Assembly (NCBI GenBank): GCA_036505595.1
Contig: DASXTE010000018.1
Location: 6,915 to 70,914 of the forward strand
Length of the DNA stretch: 64,000 nucleotides
DNA from: Pyrinomonadaceae bacterium
Lineage (GTDB): Bacteria > Acidobacteriota > Blastocatellia > Pyrinomonadales > Pyrinomonadaceae
Direction of reading: 5' to 3'
Made by a program: the position numbers and the translations under genes. The notes under the pieces are model-generated. The model worked only from the letters and a program-made list of their open reading frames with translations. It was not told the origin of the DNA and ran no database searches. How positions within the stretch are numbered: the stretch's first letter is position 1; each line of letters begins with the position of its first letter. Positions 1-9,186 of the stretch are shown here, one piece after another.

Positions 1-115
1 TTTGGAATTGTCGAAACAGCGCAGCAACTTTTTGCCGCAGGCGCAGGTGAGTAAAACGGTGCATTGAGAATGAACGCCGCATCGTGCGGCGCTTAATTGA
101 GGAAAAGAAACAAAC

Positions 116-1846
116 GTGGCTATTGAAGAAAAAGATCGAGACGACGTAATGGATCGCCTGCTCCAGTTGGGCGGCGACAAGAAATTTCTGTCTTACGACG
201 ATTTGAATCGTGAGCTGCCGGAGAATGTTGTGTCTCCGGACGACATTGAAGACGTACTCCAGAAGCTGGATGCTTCGAATATTCATGTCGCGGATTCGGA
301 TGAGCGGCTGATTGAACAGGCTGCCGCAATCGCGACCGAGGAAGAAGACGGCGATGAGGATCTGGAGCTGGATCTTTCCGCCGGCGCGCTGGAGAAGACA
401 AACGATCCGGTACGGTTGTACCTGCGCGAGATGGGCGTTGTCCCGCTTTTGACGCGCGAAGGCGAAGTGGCCATCGCCAAACGCATTGAGCGCGGCTTGA
501 TGAAAACTCACAAGGCGATTGCGCGTTCGCCGATCGCGGTGATGGAGCTTTTGAAGATTGGCGAAGAGCTGGCCGAACACAAAATCAATATTCGCGAAGT
601 CGTTCTTTTTTCCGAACAGGCTGAACTGGCCGGCGAGGATGATAAAGCCGATGAGTACCGCGAATGGACGATCGAAGGCATCGAGAACATTCGCAAGCTT
701 TTCAAGAACGCGCTGAAAGAATACGAGAAGCTGAAGAAGGAAGCTAAGGCGCAACGGGGAAAGAGAACGAAGAAAGTGCTCCGGTTGCGTGGCCGTGTCG
801 CGCGTCTGCGAATTGAAATCGCCGACGAAATCGGCCGGTTGAACATGACCGAGCGTTCGCGCCAGCGCCTCATCAACGCGATTCGCAACGTGCAGAAGGA
901 AGTGCGGTCCGCCGAGCGCGAGCTTTCCACCTACACGGAAAGACTCAATTCAAAGAAGCGTTTGAAGGCTGACGATCAGAAAGCCTACAAACAGCACGTC
1001 TCGAACGCGAAGAAGCGTCTGCGCACGGTCGAGGAGGAATTCCACATCTCGCCGGTCGAGGTGAAGCGCTCGCTTCAGAACATTGTGACGGGTGAGCAGC
1101 AGACTGGCCAGGCCAAGCGCGAACTGGTCGAAGCTAACCTGCGTCTGGTCGTCTCGATCGCGAAGAAATACACGAACCGCGGCTTGCAGTTTCTCGATTT
1201 GATCCAGGAAGGCAACATCGGTCTGATGAAGGCGGTCGACAAGTTCGAGTGGCGGCGCGGCTACAAATTTTCGACGTACGCGACCTGGTGGATTCGCCAG
1301 GCAATCACCCGCGCGATTGCCGATCAGGCGCGCACGATTCGCATCCCGGTGCACATGATCGAAACCATCAACAAGCTGATTCGCACTTCGCGCGCGCTGG
1401 TGCAGGAGCTTGGCCGCGAACCGACGAGCGAAGAAATCGCGAAGAAGATGGACATCCCGGTTTCAAAGGTGCGCAAGGTCCTGAAGATTGCCCAGGAGCC
1501 GATCTCGCTCGAGACGCCGATTGGCGAAGAAGAAGATTCGCACCTTGGCGACTTCATCGAAGACAAGTCAATCCTGAATCCTTCAGACGCGGTGGTCGCT
1601 TCCAACCTGCGCGAGATTACCGACGAAGTGCTGGCGACGCTGACACCGCGCGAAGAAAAAGTCATCAAGATGCGCTTCGGCCTCGGCACGACGGGATCGG
1701 AGCACACGCTCGAAGAAGTTGGTCAGCATTTCGCCGTGACGCGTGAACGCATTCGCCAAATCGAAGCCAAGGCGCTGCGCAAGCTGCGGCATCCGTCACG
1801 GTCGCGAAAGTTGAAAGCGTTCCTGGAGACAGTTCAGCATAACTAG
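116..1846 (+). CDS. rpoD: RNA polymerase primary sigma factor (sigma-70)
   Basis: 576-aa ORF with GTG start. Acidic N-terminal region. Conserved region 2 ([37 protein letters not shown]) and region 4.2 ([30 protein letters not shown]). Confidence 0.95.
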   Translation: MAIEEKDRDDVMDRLLQLGGDKKFLSYDDLNRELPENVVSPDDIEDVLQKLDASNIHVADSDERLIEQAAAIATEEEDGDEDLELDLSAGALEKTNDPVRLYLREMGVVPLLTREGEVAIAKRIERGLMKTHKAIARSPIAVMELLKIGEELAEHKINIREVVLFSEQAELAGEDDKADEYREWTIEGIENIRKLFKNALKEYEKLKKEAKAQRGKRTKKVLRLRGRVARLRIEIADEIGRLNMTERSRQRLINAIRNVQKEVRSAERELSTYTERLNSKKRLKADDQKAYKQHVSNAKKRLRTVEEEFHISPVEVKRSLQNIVTGEQQTGQAKRELVEANLRLVVSIAKKYTNRGLQFLDLIQEGNIGLMKAVDKFEWRRGYKFSTYATWWIRQAITRAIADQARTIRIPVHMIETINKLIRTSRALVQELGREPTSEEIAKKMDIPVSKVRKVLKIAQEPISLETPIGEEEDSHLGDFIEDKSILNPSDAVVASNLREITDEVLATLTPREEKVIKMRFGLGTTGSEHTLEEVGQHFAVTRERIRQIEAKALRKLRHPSRSRKLKAFLETVQHN

Positions 1847-1851
1847 CAAAG

Positions 1852-1926
1852 CAGAGGTCAGATATCAGAAGTCAGAGGTCAGCAAAAGCCGGGCGCACTG
1901 ACCTCTGATCTCTGACCGCTGATCTC
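1852..1926. repeat. heptad-word hairpin (word CAGAGGT / ACCTCTG); probable rpoD terminator
   Basis: Left arm 1852-1882 reads CAGAGGT CAGATAT CAGAAGT CAGAGGT CAG. Right arm 1898-1926 reads CTG ACCTCTG ATCTCTG ACCGCTG ATCTC. The 10 bp next to the loop pair perfectly. It fills the whole rpoD / next-gene spacer and is followed by TTTGTTT. Confidence 0.8.
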
Positions 1927-1927
1927 T

Positions 1928-3952
1928 TTGTTTATGAAGAAGATTGTCGAAAGCTATCGTAGGAAGCTCGCCAGCGAAGACGGCTGGGTGCTGAAGCCCG
2001 GGAGCCAGTTGCGCATCGCGCTCTGCTATCCGAATGTCTATTCGATCGGCATGGCGAACCTCGGCTTTCAGGCGATGTACGAACTCTTCAATAACATTCC
2101 TGAGGTTTCGTGCGAGCGGGTTTTCCTGCCGGACAGCAGCAGAGGGCCGAGCATCGGCGAGGGCTCAACATCCACGCGAGCCCTCCCTAACGGTCGGGCT
2201 ACTGCCCCGCGGCATCCCCGCAATGGATCGGGTTACGATTACGCCCTCCCTAATGGTCGGGCTACTGCCCCGATCAATGAACTCGCGGAATATCAACGCA
2301 CGGGAACTCCACTACTTTCCCTCGAATCACAAACTCAGGTTCGCGACTTTGACGTAATCGCGTTCTCCATTTCCTTCGAGACTGATTACGTCAACATGGC
2401 GCACATGCTGCAAATGAGCGGCGTGCCGGTTTGGGCGAAAGACAGGACAGAACGCGATCCGCTGGTTGTCATGGGGGGCGCGGCTTCGTTTCTGAATCCG
2501 GAACCGATCGCGGACTTCACTGATGTGATCGGTGTCGGCGAAGGCGAGATTCTCGGGCCGAAGCTGGTTGACGCAATCTTCGAAAATGATTCGAAGGAAG
2601 AACTGCTGCTGGCACTGGCGCGACAAGGCCGCGGTTTTTACGTGCCGTCACTCTATTTTGTCAGCTACAACGAAGACGACACGGTCGCTGCATACACGCC
2701 CACAGAAGCAGGCGTTCCGTCGCGCGTGGGCCGCGCAATCTCTGCTGAGAATCCGAAGGAAGGTAGTCTGCGCCGCGCGATTCGAAAGCAACAATTCGAT
2801 ATTGCCGCGCAACTCCGCCGTGATGAAGTATTTGCGCCATCGACCACAATTTTTGCGCCGCAAGCCGAGATGGGCGACCGATTCCTGATCGAAATATCGC
2901 GCGGCTGTTCGCAGGGTTGCCGCTTCTGCTGGGCAGGTTACAATTACTGGCCGCCACGCGTCGTGCCGGCGCGCGACATCCTCGCGAAAGCGAAAGCGTG
3001 GCGCGCAAAGACCGACAAGATTGGTTTGGTTTCAACCGCCGTCTGCGACCATCCCGAAATTAGTGAGATTCTGCACGGCCTGCGGGCTATGGATTATCGC
3101 ATCTCGGTTTCTTCGCTCCGGCTTGATCAGATTTCTGAGGAATTGTTGGACGCGCTGGTTGAATCGCGCGACCAGCAGATCGCCGTCGCGCCGGAAACCG
3201 GATCGGATCGCCTGCGTCGCGTGATCAACAAGAACCTGACCAACGACGAGATTGTGGACATCTGCGGCGCAGTTTTCGATCGCGGCATGCTGACGGTGAA
3301 ACTCTACCTGATGGTTGGCTTACCGACCGAAACCGACGAAGACCTCGCAGAAATGGTGAAACTAGTCGAGCGCATCAAGGATCGCATGTTGGAAGCCGGC
3401 AAGCGCTTCGGCCGTGCCGGCAAAATTATTCCCTCGCTTAACGGGTTTGTGCCCAAACCCAACACCCCGTTTCAGTGGGAAGCGATCTGCGATGAAAAAG
3501 AATTGAAACGACGGCTGAAGTGGGTCTGCAAACAACTCGCGCGTATTCCGAATGTAGAAGTCCGCGCGATGTCCGCGCGTATCGCCCACGAACAAGCGCT
3601 TTTCTCGTCCGGCGATCGTCGAATCGCGCCGGTGATCGAAGCGATGGCGCGTATGAATGGCGACCTCAACGCTGCGCTGCGCGAAACCGGAATCGATCCG
3701 GCGTTTCACACGAGCCGCGCGCGATCCTACGATGAAATTCTTTCGTGGGAGATTGTCGATTCGGGTCTGGGACGCGAGTTCATGGAACGCGAACACGAAC
3801 GATCGCACGAAGCTCGCTCAACCGCTCCCTGCCCTTCCGTCAATCAATGCACTCGCTGTGGAGTCTGCCCAACCACATGGCTCGCAGAAGCTCCTCCTGC
3901 GCTCGTGCAATTGCAGGCGTTCGCGACCAGTAGAGTGCCCGCTACCGTCTAA
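1928..3952 (+). CDS. radical SAM protein with N-terminal B12-binding-like domain (TIGR03960-like family)
   Basis: 674-aa ORF. Radical SAM cluster motif CSQGCRFCWAG. N-terminus ALCYPNVYSIGMANLGFQAMYELFN is typical of this family. The start may be ATG 1934. Confidence 0.8.
   Translation: MFMKKIVESYRRKLASEDGWVLKPGSQLRIALCYPNVYSIGMANLGFQAMYELFNNIPEVSCERVFLPDSSRGPSIGEGSTSTRALPNGRATAPRHPRNGSGYDYALPNGRATAPINELAEYQRTGTPLLSLESQTQVRDFDVIAFSISFETDYVNMAHMLQMSGVPVWAKDRTERDPLVVMGGAASFLNPEPIADFTDVIGVGEGEILGPKLVDAIFENDSKEELLLALARQGRGFYVPSLYFVSYNEDDTVAAYTPTEAGVPSRVGRAISAENPKEGSLRRAIRKQQFDIAAQLRRDEVFAPSTTIFAPQAEMGDRFLIEISRGCSQGCRFCWAGYNYWPPRVVPARDILAKAKAWRAKTDKIGLVSTAVCDHPEISEILHGLRAMDYRISVSSLRLDQISEELLDALVESRDQQIAVAPETGSDRLRRVINKNLTNDEIVDICGAVFDRGMLTVKLYLMVGLPTETDEDLAEMVKLVERIKDRMLEAGKRFGRAGKIIPSLNGFVPKPNTPFQWEAICDEKELKRRLKWVCKQLARIPNVEVRAMSARIAHEQALFSSGDRRIAPVIEAMARMNGDLNAALRETGIDPAFHTSRARSYDEILSWEIVDSGLGREFMEREHERSHEARSTAPCPSVNQCTRCGVCPTTWLAEAPPALVQLQAFATSRVPATV
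2180..2272 (+). repeat. two direct copies of a 30-nt REP-like unit, in frame inside the radical SAM CDS
   Basis: gccctccctaaCggtcgggctactgccccg (2180-2209) and gccctccctaaTggtcgggctactgccccg (2243-2272), 63 nt apart. Both translate as ALPNGRATAP. Related copies occur at 6949-6967, 25976-25996 (inverted) and 26070-26091. Confidence 0.85.
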
Positions 3953-4013
3953 TTCCCTTTCGAATCCAATCGGTGTCACCCGCTTATTAGCCCGACACGT
4001 GGGGGTTCTGTAG

Positions 4014-4406
4014 CTACTTAATAGTCAGAAAACTCGTGCTCTGTGCCGTGTAATCGAAATCGTAATTGTAAGTGAAGCCGGGAAATGAAATCGGACGGGT
4101 GAACTGCACGCGCACTTGTACGCGACCTTCTGTTTGTGAAGGCGTGATAACGGCATCTTCCGGAACGTGATATTCCGCTTTGCTTTTTGTGATCTGATCG
4201 GCGACCCACGCCGTGTCGTAGCCTTGTGCAGCCGCCAGATTCACCTTGTTCTGCATGGCGTCTTTGAAGTAGTAGGCATCGATGGCAACCGGAATGTACA
4301 TGTACGCGACGTAGCCGACGATCGCAACGACCGCAATGAAGACTATTAACTTCATGCGCGCGCTGCCTTTTTGACCTTGATGGCGAAGGAGTGATTCGGT
4401 ATTCAT
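4014..4406 (-). CDS. hypothetical membrane-anchored protein
   Basis: 130-aa ORF with one N-terminal TM segment (KLIVFIAVVAIVGYVAYMYIPV). An alternative start is M18 at 4355. No family recognised. Confidence 0.55.
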   Translation of the reverse strand: MNTESLLRHQGQKGSARMKLIVFIAVVAIVGYVAYMYIPVAIDAYYFKDAMQNKVNLAAAQGYDTAWVADQITKSKAEYHVPEDAVITPSQTEGRVQVRVQFTRPISFPGFTYNYDFDYTAQSTSFLTIK

Positions 4407-4412
4407 AGGTTT

Positions 4413-5567
4413 TCAGTGACGACAGAGGGCTGCGGCAAGCGCCGCCCGCAGCATCGGCGTTTCGATTTGATTTGCGTCCACGATCCGGGGACGGCCGATC
4501 CTTTCGAGCAGTACCCAATTGAGTTTGCCTTGCACTGCTTTCTTGTCCACCGTCATCGCGTCGATGATCTGCGCCGTCGAGAGATCGTCGGCGCGCGGCA
4601 ACGGCCCGCAGAGCGTGACCGCCTTGCGCAACAATTCTAACTCGCGGGAGGGGAGCATGCCTAGACTTTTCGAGATTTCGGCCGCCACAAGCATTCCATA
4701 ACCCACCGCTTCGCCATGGCGGAACCGCCGATAATTCGTTACCTTTTCCAGCGCATGCGCCGTTGTATGGCCGAAGTTGAGGATCCGTCGCGAGCGGCGG
4801 TCTGTGCGGGCCACATCCTCGCGTTCGTCGCCGGCCACGATTGAAGCTTTGAAGCGGCAGTGGGCGGCGATCGCGGCAGAGACTTCAGTCCGTGATTTCT
4901 GTTGGTCAAGAAACAAACTGAAGTCTGTTCCACTACGACGTAGCAGTTTTACCGTCTGATCAAACAGCTTACGACTCCCGACGGCTCCCTGCTTCACCAT
5001 TTCGCAGAAGCCTGAAGTTAGTTCACGTCGTGGAAGCGTTCGGAGAGTGTCGACATCGATCACGACCAGGCGAGGCTGATGAAACGCGCCGACGAGATTT
5101 TTTCCAGCCGGCAGATTGATTCCCGTCTTGCCACCGACCGAAGCATCAATCTGCGCGAGCAGCGTCGTTGGCGCCTGAACGAAAGAGATACCACGAAGAT
5201 AAATCGCCGCGGCGAATCCCGCTAGATCTCCGACCACCCCGCCGCCGAGCGCGACCACTGCGTCGTTTCGTTGCAGGCCACTTTCGCTGAGAAACTCGAC
5301 CGCACGTTGTAGTGAACGAAACGATTTCTGCCGCTCACCGTCCCGCATGAGCCAATAGTTGACAGCGAATCCTGCGCGCCTCAGACTTTGGATCGCGCGC
5401 CTGCCGTACAGCTCAAAGACGGTTCTGTTTGTAATCAGCGCCGCTCGGCGCGCCTCTGGTCCGACCGATGCGCGAAGCTCTTCGCCTAGCGTTGGCAACA
5501 GACCCGCCCCGACCTTGATTTGGTAAGTCTGTGACCGCGCCGGCAGGCGCACAGGGATGGCTGGCAT
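4413..5567 (-). CDS. aroB: 3-dehydroquinate synthase
   Basis: 384 aa. Motifs GGGVVGDLAGFAAAIYLRGISFVQAPTTLLAQIDASVGGKTGIN and NFGHTTAHALE. Confidence 0.9.
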   Translation of the reverse strand: MPAIPVRLPARSQTYQIKVGAGLLPTLGEELRASVGPEARRAALITNRTVFELYGRRAIQSLRRAGFAVNYWLMRDGERQKSFRSLQRAVEFLSESGLQRNDAVVALGGGVVGDLAGFAAAIYLRGISFVQAPTTLLAQIDASVGGKTGINLPAGKNLVGAFHQPRLVVIDVDTLRTLPRRELTSGFCEMVKQGAVGSRKLFDQTVKLLRRSGTDFSLFLDQQKSRTEVSAAIAAHCRFKASIVAGDEREDVARTDRRSRRILNFGHTTAHALEKVTNYRRFRHGEAVGYGMLVAAEISKSLGMLPSRELELLRKAVTLCGPLPRADDLSTAQIIDAMTVDKKAVQGKLNWVLLERIGRPRIVDANQIETPMLRAALAAALCRH

Positions 5568-5803
5568 GACTAGACTCTATTACAGAATTGTTAGCCGGAT
5601 CGAGCGGATAGGCGGATGTAGTTGCGGCGCGGTCCACTGCCGTACCCTGGGTTGGCCCTCGAACGGCGTCAACGGCCATAATTGCGATGGAAACTCGCAG
5701 CAATTCATTCTTTCATTTTGTTGTTGTCTTTGAATCCCGAGTGCCCGACGCTAGATTACAGGGCTGCCCCATTGCCCGTGCGGCCCATGCCGAAGAGGTA
5801 AAC

Positions 5804-6802
5804 ATGATAACTCGCAACAATCTATGGTCTGCTCTGATCGTCATCGCTGCCGCGTTCATAATCGCGGCCAGCTCAACGCAAGCTCAAACCCGACGGCGCA
5901 CGGCGCGCGTGTCTGGTCCGCCGACGCTCTCGCTGTCAGCCGAGCCGAACGTCCTGCGCGTATGCGAAGGCGAGCCGGCGAGCGTACGTCTTTTTGCCAA
6001 CGCTTCGTCAGGCAGTGGCGCGGCGCTACGTTACCGATGGACCGTCGACGCCGGCCGGCTTTCAGGCAGCGGCGCAAATGCTGCATGGGACTTGGCGGGA
6101 GCCAGACCTGGTACGTACCACGCGGTCGCGGATGTCGATGAAGGCGACGAAAACTGCGCCGCATTCGCTTCGGTGACCATCGTTGTGACCGAGTGTCCTC
6201 CGCCGCCGCCACCGCCACCGCCCAGTTGCCCAACCGTAACCGTGTCTTGTCCGGACTCTGCGACGGAAAATGCGCCAGTAACATTTTCGGCTAATGTGAG
6301 CGGCGGCTCTTCGAACGTTACCCCAACCTACAACTGGACCGTTTCCGCTGGTCGCATAATGAGCGGCCAGGGAACAACCAGCATTACGGTTGACCCGGCT
6401 GGACTGGCCGGCCAGACGATTCGCGCAACTTTGGATGTGGGCGGCTACGGCATGCCGTGCCCGGCGAGCTGCACCGTGTCGATTCCGATTGAAGAGAAGT
6501 CGCGAAAATTTGACGAGTACTACGACATTGCCCGCAACGATGAGAAAGCGCGACTCGATAACTATGCGATCGAGCTCCAGGGCGCGCCCGGATCGCAGGG
6601 TTACATCATCGTGTATCCATCGCAAAAGGCGAAGGCTGGCGATGCGCAAGCGCGTGCAACACGCATTTCGGATTACCTGATCAACTCGCGCGGCATTGAC
6701 GCGAGCAGATTCACGGTCACCGTCGGCAAGGCGCGGGAAGGGTGGCTGACCGAACTGTGGATCGTTCCCCAGGGTGCGCCGCCACCTGTGCCCCAACGAT
6801 AA
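5804..6802 (+). CDS. secreted hypothetical protein with Ig-like repeats and a poly-Pro linker
   Basis: ATG at 5804 follows GAAGAGG. Signal-like N-terminus MITRNNLWSALIVIAAAFIIAASSTQAQ. PPPPPPPPP linker. The longer track ORF from 5687 has no signal peptide. Confidence 0.65.
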   Translation: MITRNNLWSALIVIAAAFIIAASSTQAQTRRRTARVSGPPTLSLSAEPNVLRVCEGEPASVRLFANASSGSGAALRYRWTVDAGRLSGSGANAAWDLAGARPGTYHAVADVDEGDENCAAFASVTIVVTECPPPPPPPPPSCPTVTVSCPDSATENAPVTFSANVSGGSSNVTPTYNWTVSAGRIMSGQGTTSITVDPAGLAGQTIRATLDVGGYGMPCPASCTVSIPIEEKSRKFDEYYDIARNDEKARLDNYAIELQGAPGSQGYIIVYPSQKAKAGDAQARATRISDYLINSRGIDASRFTVTVGKAREGWLTELWIVPQGAPPPVPQR

Positions 6803-6827
6803 GGTTCCTTCTGCTGAAGTGGTTTTC

Positions 6828-6866
6828 GGCGCGATTACCGACTTGTCGGGAGTCGCGCCTTTTTTT
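6828..6866 (+). terminator. intrinsic terminator
   Basis: Stem ggcgcga...tcgcgcc with an inner ccgac/gtcgg pairing, followed by a run of 7 T. It starts 26 nt after the stop codon. Confidence 0.75.
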
Positions 6867-6896
6867 GTGTGGTCAGTCGTCACTGCCTTGACTGTT

Positions 6897-6967
6897 GAGC
6901 CCTCCCGATCAACCACCCCACGCGGGCTGCCCGTGTGGGGACCCCGGCTGGTCGGGCTACTGCCCCG
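6897..6967. repeat. REP-like element (gccctccc ... ggtcgggctactgccccg family)
   Basis: It shares its head (gagccctccc) and tail (tggtcgggctactgccccg) with the 2180/2243 units. It has an internal hairpin ccccacgcggg/cccgtgtgggg. The tail supplies the last codons and stop of the minus-strand gene 6957..7595. Confidence 0.7.
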
Positions 6968-7595
6968 AGCGCACGACGGGCATGTGAATCAAAGTATCCT
7001 TCTCGACGTAGACAACGAACCGTTTTCCCTGCGGCAGCACCGCATCCTCTCCGCGTTTGAAACCACTCATCAAAGCGAGCGGCGACGCGAACGGCGCAAG
7101 CAAGACACCGAACACGATTGTCTTCGTCGCTACTTCGGCGCCGTGACTCGTACCGGTAACCTTGCTCGGCATTTCCGGATGCGCAGTTAACGGAACGCGG
7201 GTGAGATCGACCGCAACCACGTCTTGCATCGCCCAGGCAAGTTTGCCGGCCTTCCCCCAATGGCCACCGCGTTTTGCTTTAAGTACTCGAGCGGTGACCA
7301 GCGAATCCGATTCGATAACGGTAGTTCCGTCGACCTTAACCGGCACCAAGACCCGGAAGCTGAGGAAGTCACCCTTCCGCATGTCGCGGGAATTGACCGT
7401 ATCAGCCGCTTCGATCTCGAGTGGCGTGCCGGCGGGAATTACGAATTCGGGCGCAGCCGACTCCGCTCGATTGCTGCGATCCACTTCTGACACCTGGACG
7501 CGAATTCCTGCGGAGTCTGCGGGCGCGGGCGATTGCGCTAGCGCCGGTATTTGTTGAAGAACAATCGTCAACAGTGCAGTGAGCAGTGTTTTCAC
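6957..7595 (-). CDS. secreted hypothetical protein, paralog of the N-terminal part of 8276..9133
   Basis: GTG start at 7595, 8 nt after AGGAGG. Signal peptide VKTLLTALLTIVLQQIPALAQ. The C-terminal hydrophobic block (KTIVFGVLLAPFASPLALMSGFKRGEDAVLPQG) aligns by eye with AIVATSILFFPAAPLFLFMKGKNITIPQG of 8276..9133. Confidence 0.65.
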   Translation of the reverse strand: MKTLLTALLTIVLQQIPALAQSPAPADSAGIRVQVSEVDRSNRAESAAPEFVIPAGTPLEIEAADTVNSRDMRKGDFLSFRVLVPVKVDGTTVIESDSLVTARVLKAKRGGHWGKAGKLAWAMQDVVAVDLTRVPLTAHPEMPSKVTGTSHGAEVATKTIVFGVLLAPFASPLALMSGFKRGEDAVLPQGKRFVVYVEKDTLIHMPVVRSGQ

Positions 7596-7747
7596 TCCGA
7601 TCTCCTCCTGAATAAGCTCAACAGCCGTCCATTGGGAGCAAACACAATGCCCAAAAAGGGAGATGTCCTCGATCATCGCCACCCTAACGGCATGACGGAT
7701 GCCTCGTTCAGGCCGCTACCAGAACGTAAGAGAAAGGCGAGTTCATT

Positions 7748-8227
7748 ATGCAAACCAAGCTGATCGTTGCGGCCATGATGGCCGTCAGCTTTCTGGTCGT
7801 CGGGACCGGATTAGCATCAACCGCCGCCGCCCAAAGCTTGGCGCCCACAGAGCCGACGGACACACGAATACCCAGGAACTCCAAAGTGTACATAAGGCCG
7901 ACGAGCGGTTTCGAACAATACCTAGCCGCAGCGTTTCGGAAGAAGAGTGTGCCGCTGTTGATAGTCACTGAGCGCGACGCGGCCGATTTTGAGATTACGG
8001 TAACTCATGAAAAGACGGAGGCGAGTTGGGCGAGAATCTTCGTTTGGGGAATTCTTCAGCCATCAGCGGCAGCGAGCATTCAGATCGTCAATCTGAACAC
8101 CAAAGTAGTGGTCTTTGCCGATTCGTCGTATCGCGTTGCCGCCTTGCGCGGCGAGCGCAGCACGGCGGAGAAACTCGCGAAGTATCTGAAGCGCCGAATG
8201 GAGAAGGACGAAAAGAAATCGAAATGA
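7748..8227 (+). CDS. secreted hypothetical protein
   Basis: 159 aa. Signal peptide MQTKLIVAAMMAVSFLVVGTGLASTAAAQ and a Lys-rich C-terminus. No family recognised. Confidence 0.55.
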   Translation: MQTKLIVAAMMAVSFLVVGTGLASTAAAQSLAPTEPTDTRIPRNSKVYIRPTSGFEQYLAAAFRKKSVPLLIVTERDAADFEITVTHEKTEASWARIFVWGILQPSAAASIQIVNLNTKVVVFADSSYRVAALRGERSTAEKLAKYLKRRMEKDEKKSK

Positions 8228-8275
8228 AAAGGGCGCCCAACCGGCCGCCCTGATAGTGAAAGTGGCCATTGATGC

Positions 8276-9133
8276 TTACGGAAGTTTTTCGAGTTCAGCA
8301 CTAAGACTAATGCTTCCATTCGCGGTCACCGACATCGTGCGTTCCCAAGGTTTATAGCCGGGCTTAACAACAGTGATTTTGTGTTCTCCCGGAGACAGAT
8401 GGATTGTTGAAGGTGTAGTCCCGACGAACTTATCGTCCACGGTGATGTCTGCTCCTTCAGGAGAGGACTTAATAGTAACTGAGGAATCTGGCGATGCGGC
8501 CATCGGTGGAGCGGCTGAATTCGAAAGAGCAGCTTGAGTAAATTTTGCCGGATCCAACGGCGTATCAGCGGCAATGTAGGCAGTAACTTCTGTGCCTTGT
8601 GGAATAGTTATGTTTTTTCCTTTCATGAACAAGAAGAGCGGAGCAGCTGGAAAAAACAGAATACTTGTGGCGACTATGGCGCTCGTCATCGCAGTGGTGT
8701 GGTTTCCTCCACTTCCGCCTTTGACCGCACGCAGCGGAACTTTCTCGCCATCAACCAGCTGAACATAGTCAATGTTCATATCGAGTTTACCCGAACGCCC
8801 CAGCCGTCGTTTAGGTTGAGCTTTGGTAACGGTGGCGATGGCCATTGCTCCCTGCCTAATGACGACTACGTCTTTTACTTTAATATCCTCAAGCACCTCG
8901 AAATCAACTTTGTCGTCCACTTTCGCGTCTTTGGAAGAGATGGTTCGAGTTAACTTGATTCGAACAGGCGTGTCTTCGGATAAGCCAAATTCCAAAGCGT
9001 TTTTTGGCGGCGGCGGTGCAATCGTGGCAGTCTTCGGTTCCTGTTCTTTGTTTTTGTTTTCCTGGGGATAACCGGCAAAGGAGACCGTGAGGCATAGCAA
9101 CAAAAGGGTGGCAATTCTCTTGGAGGAATTCAT
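8276..9133 (-). CDS. PEGA domain-containing secreted protein
   Basis: 285 aa. Signal peptide. The C-terminal sequence SSVTIKSSPEGADITVDDKFVGTTPSTIHLSPGEHKITVVKPGYKPWERTMSV matches the PEGA domain signature. Confidence 0.75.
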   Translation of the reverse strand: MNSSKRIATLLLLCLTVSFAGYPQENKNKEQEPKTATIAPPPPKNALEFGLSEDTPVRIKLTRTISSKDAKVDDKVDFEVLEDIKVKDVVVIRQGAMAIATVTKAQPKRRLGRSGKLDMNIDYVQLVDGEKVPLRAVKGGSGGNHTTAMTSAIVATSILFFPAAPLFLFMKGKNITIPQGTEVTAYIAADTPLDPAKFTQAALSNSAAPPMAASPDSSVTIKSSPEGADITVDDKFVGTTPSTIHLSPGEHKITVVKPGYKPWERTMSVTANGSISLSAELEKLP

Positions 9134-9186
9134 AAGTATCCTTTCTTGTCGGAACGGAGAGGGATCGCTCGGACACGCCTAATGAG

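Noticed and set aside
2180-2272. Two 30-nt direct repeats separated by a 33-nt spacer, which is CRISPR-like spacing.
   Set aside because: There are only two units and they lie in frame inside a conserved radical SAM CDS. The same unit occurs singly or inverted at 6949, 25976 and 26070. There are no cas genes in the window. It behaves as a dispersed REP-type repeat.
5687-5803. Upstream extension of the secreted-protein ORF (start at 5687).
   Set aside because: The extension has no signal peptide. ATG 5804 follows GAAGAGG and begins a classical signal sequence.
6062-6916. 284-aa minus-strand ORF.
   Set aside because: It is fully antisense to the signal-peptide-bearing gene 5804..6802. Its Arg/Ala-rich composition is typical of GC-rich antisense frames. 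It has no motif and no RBS.
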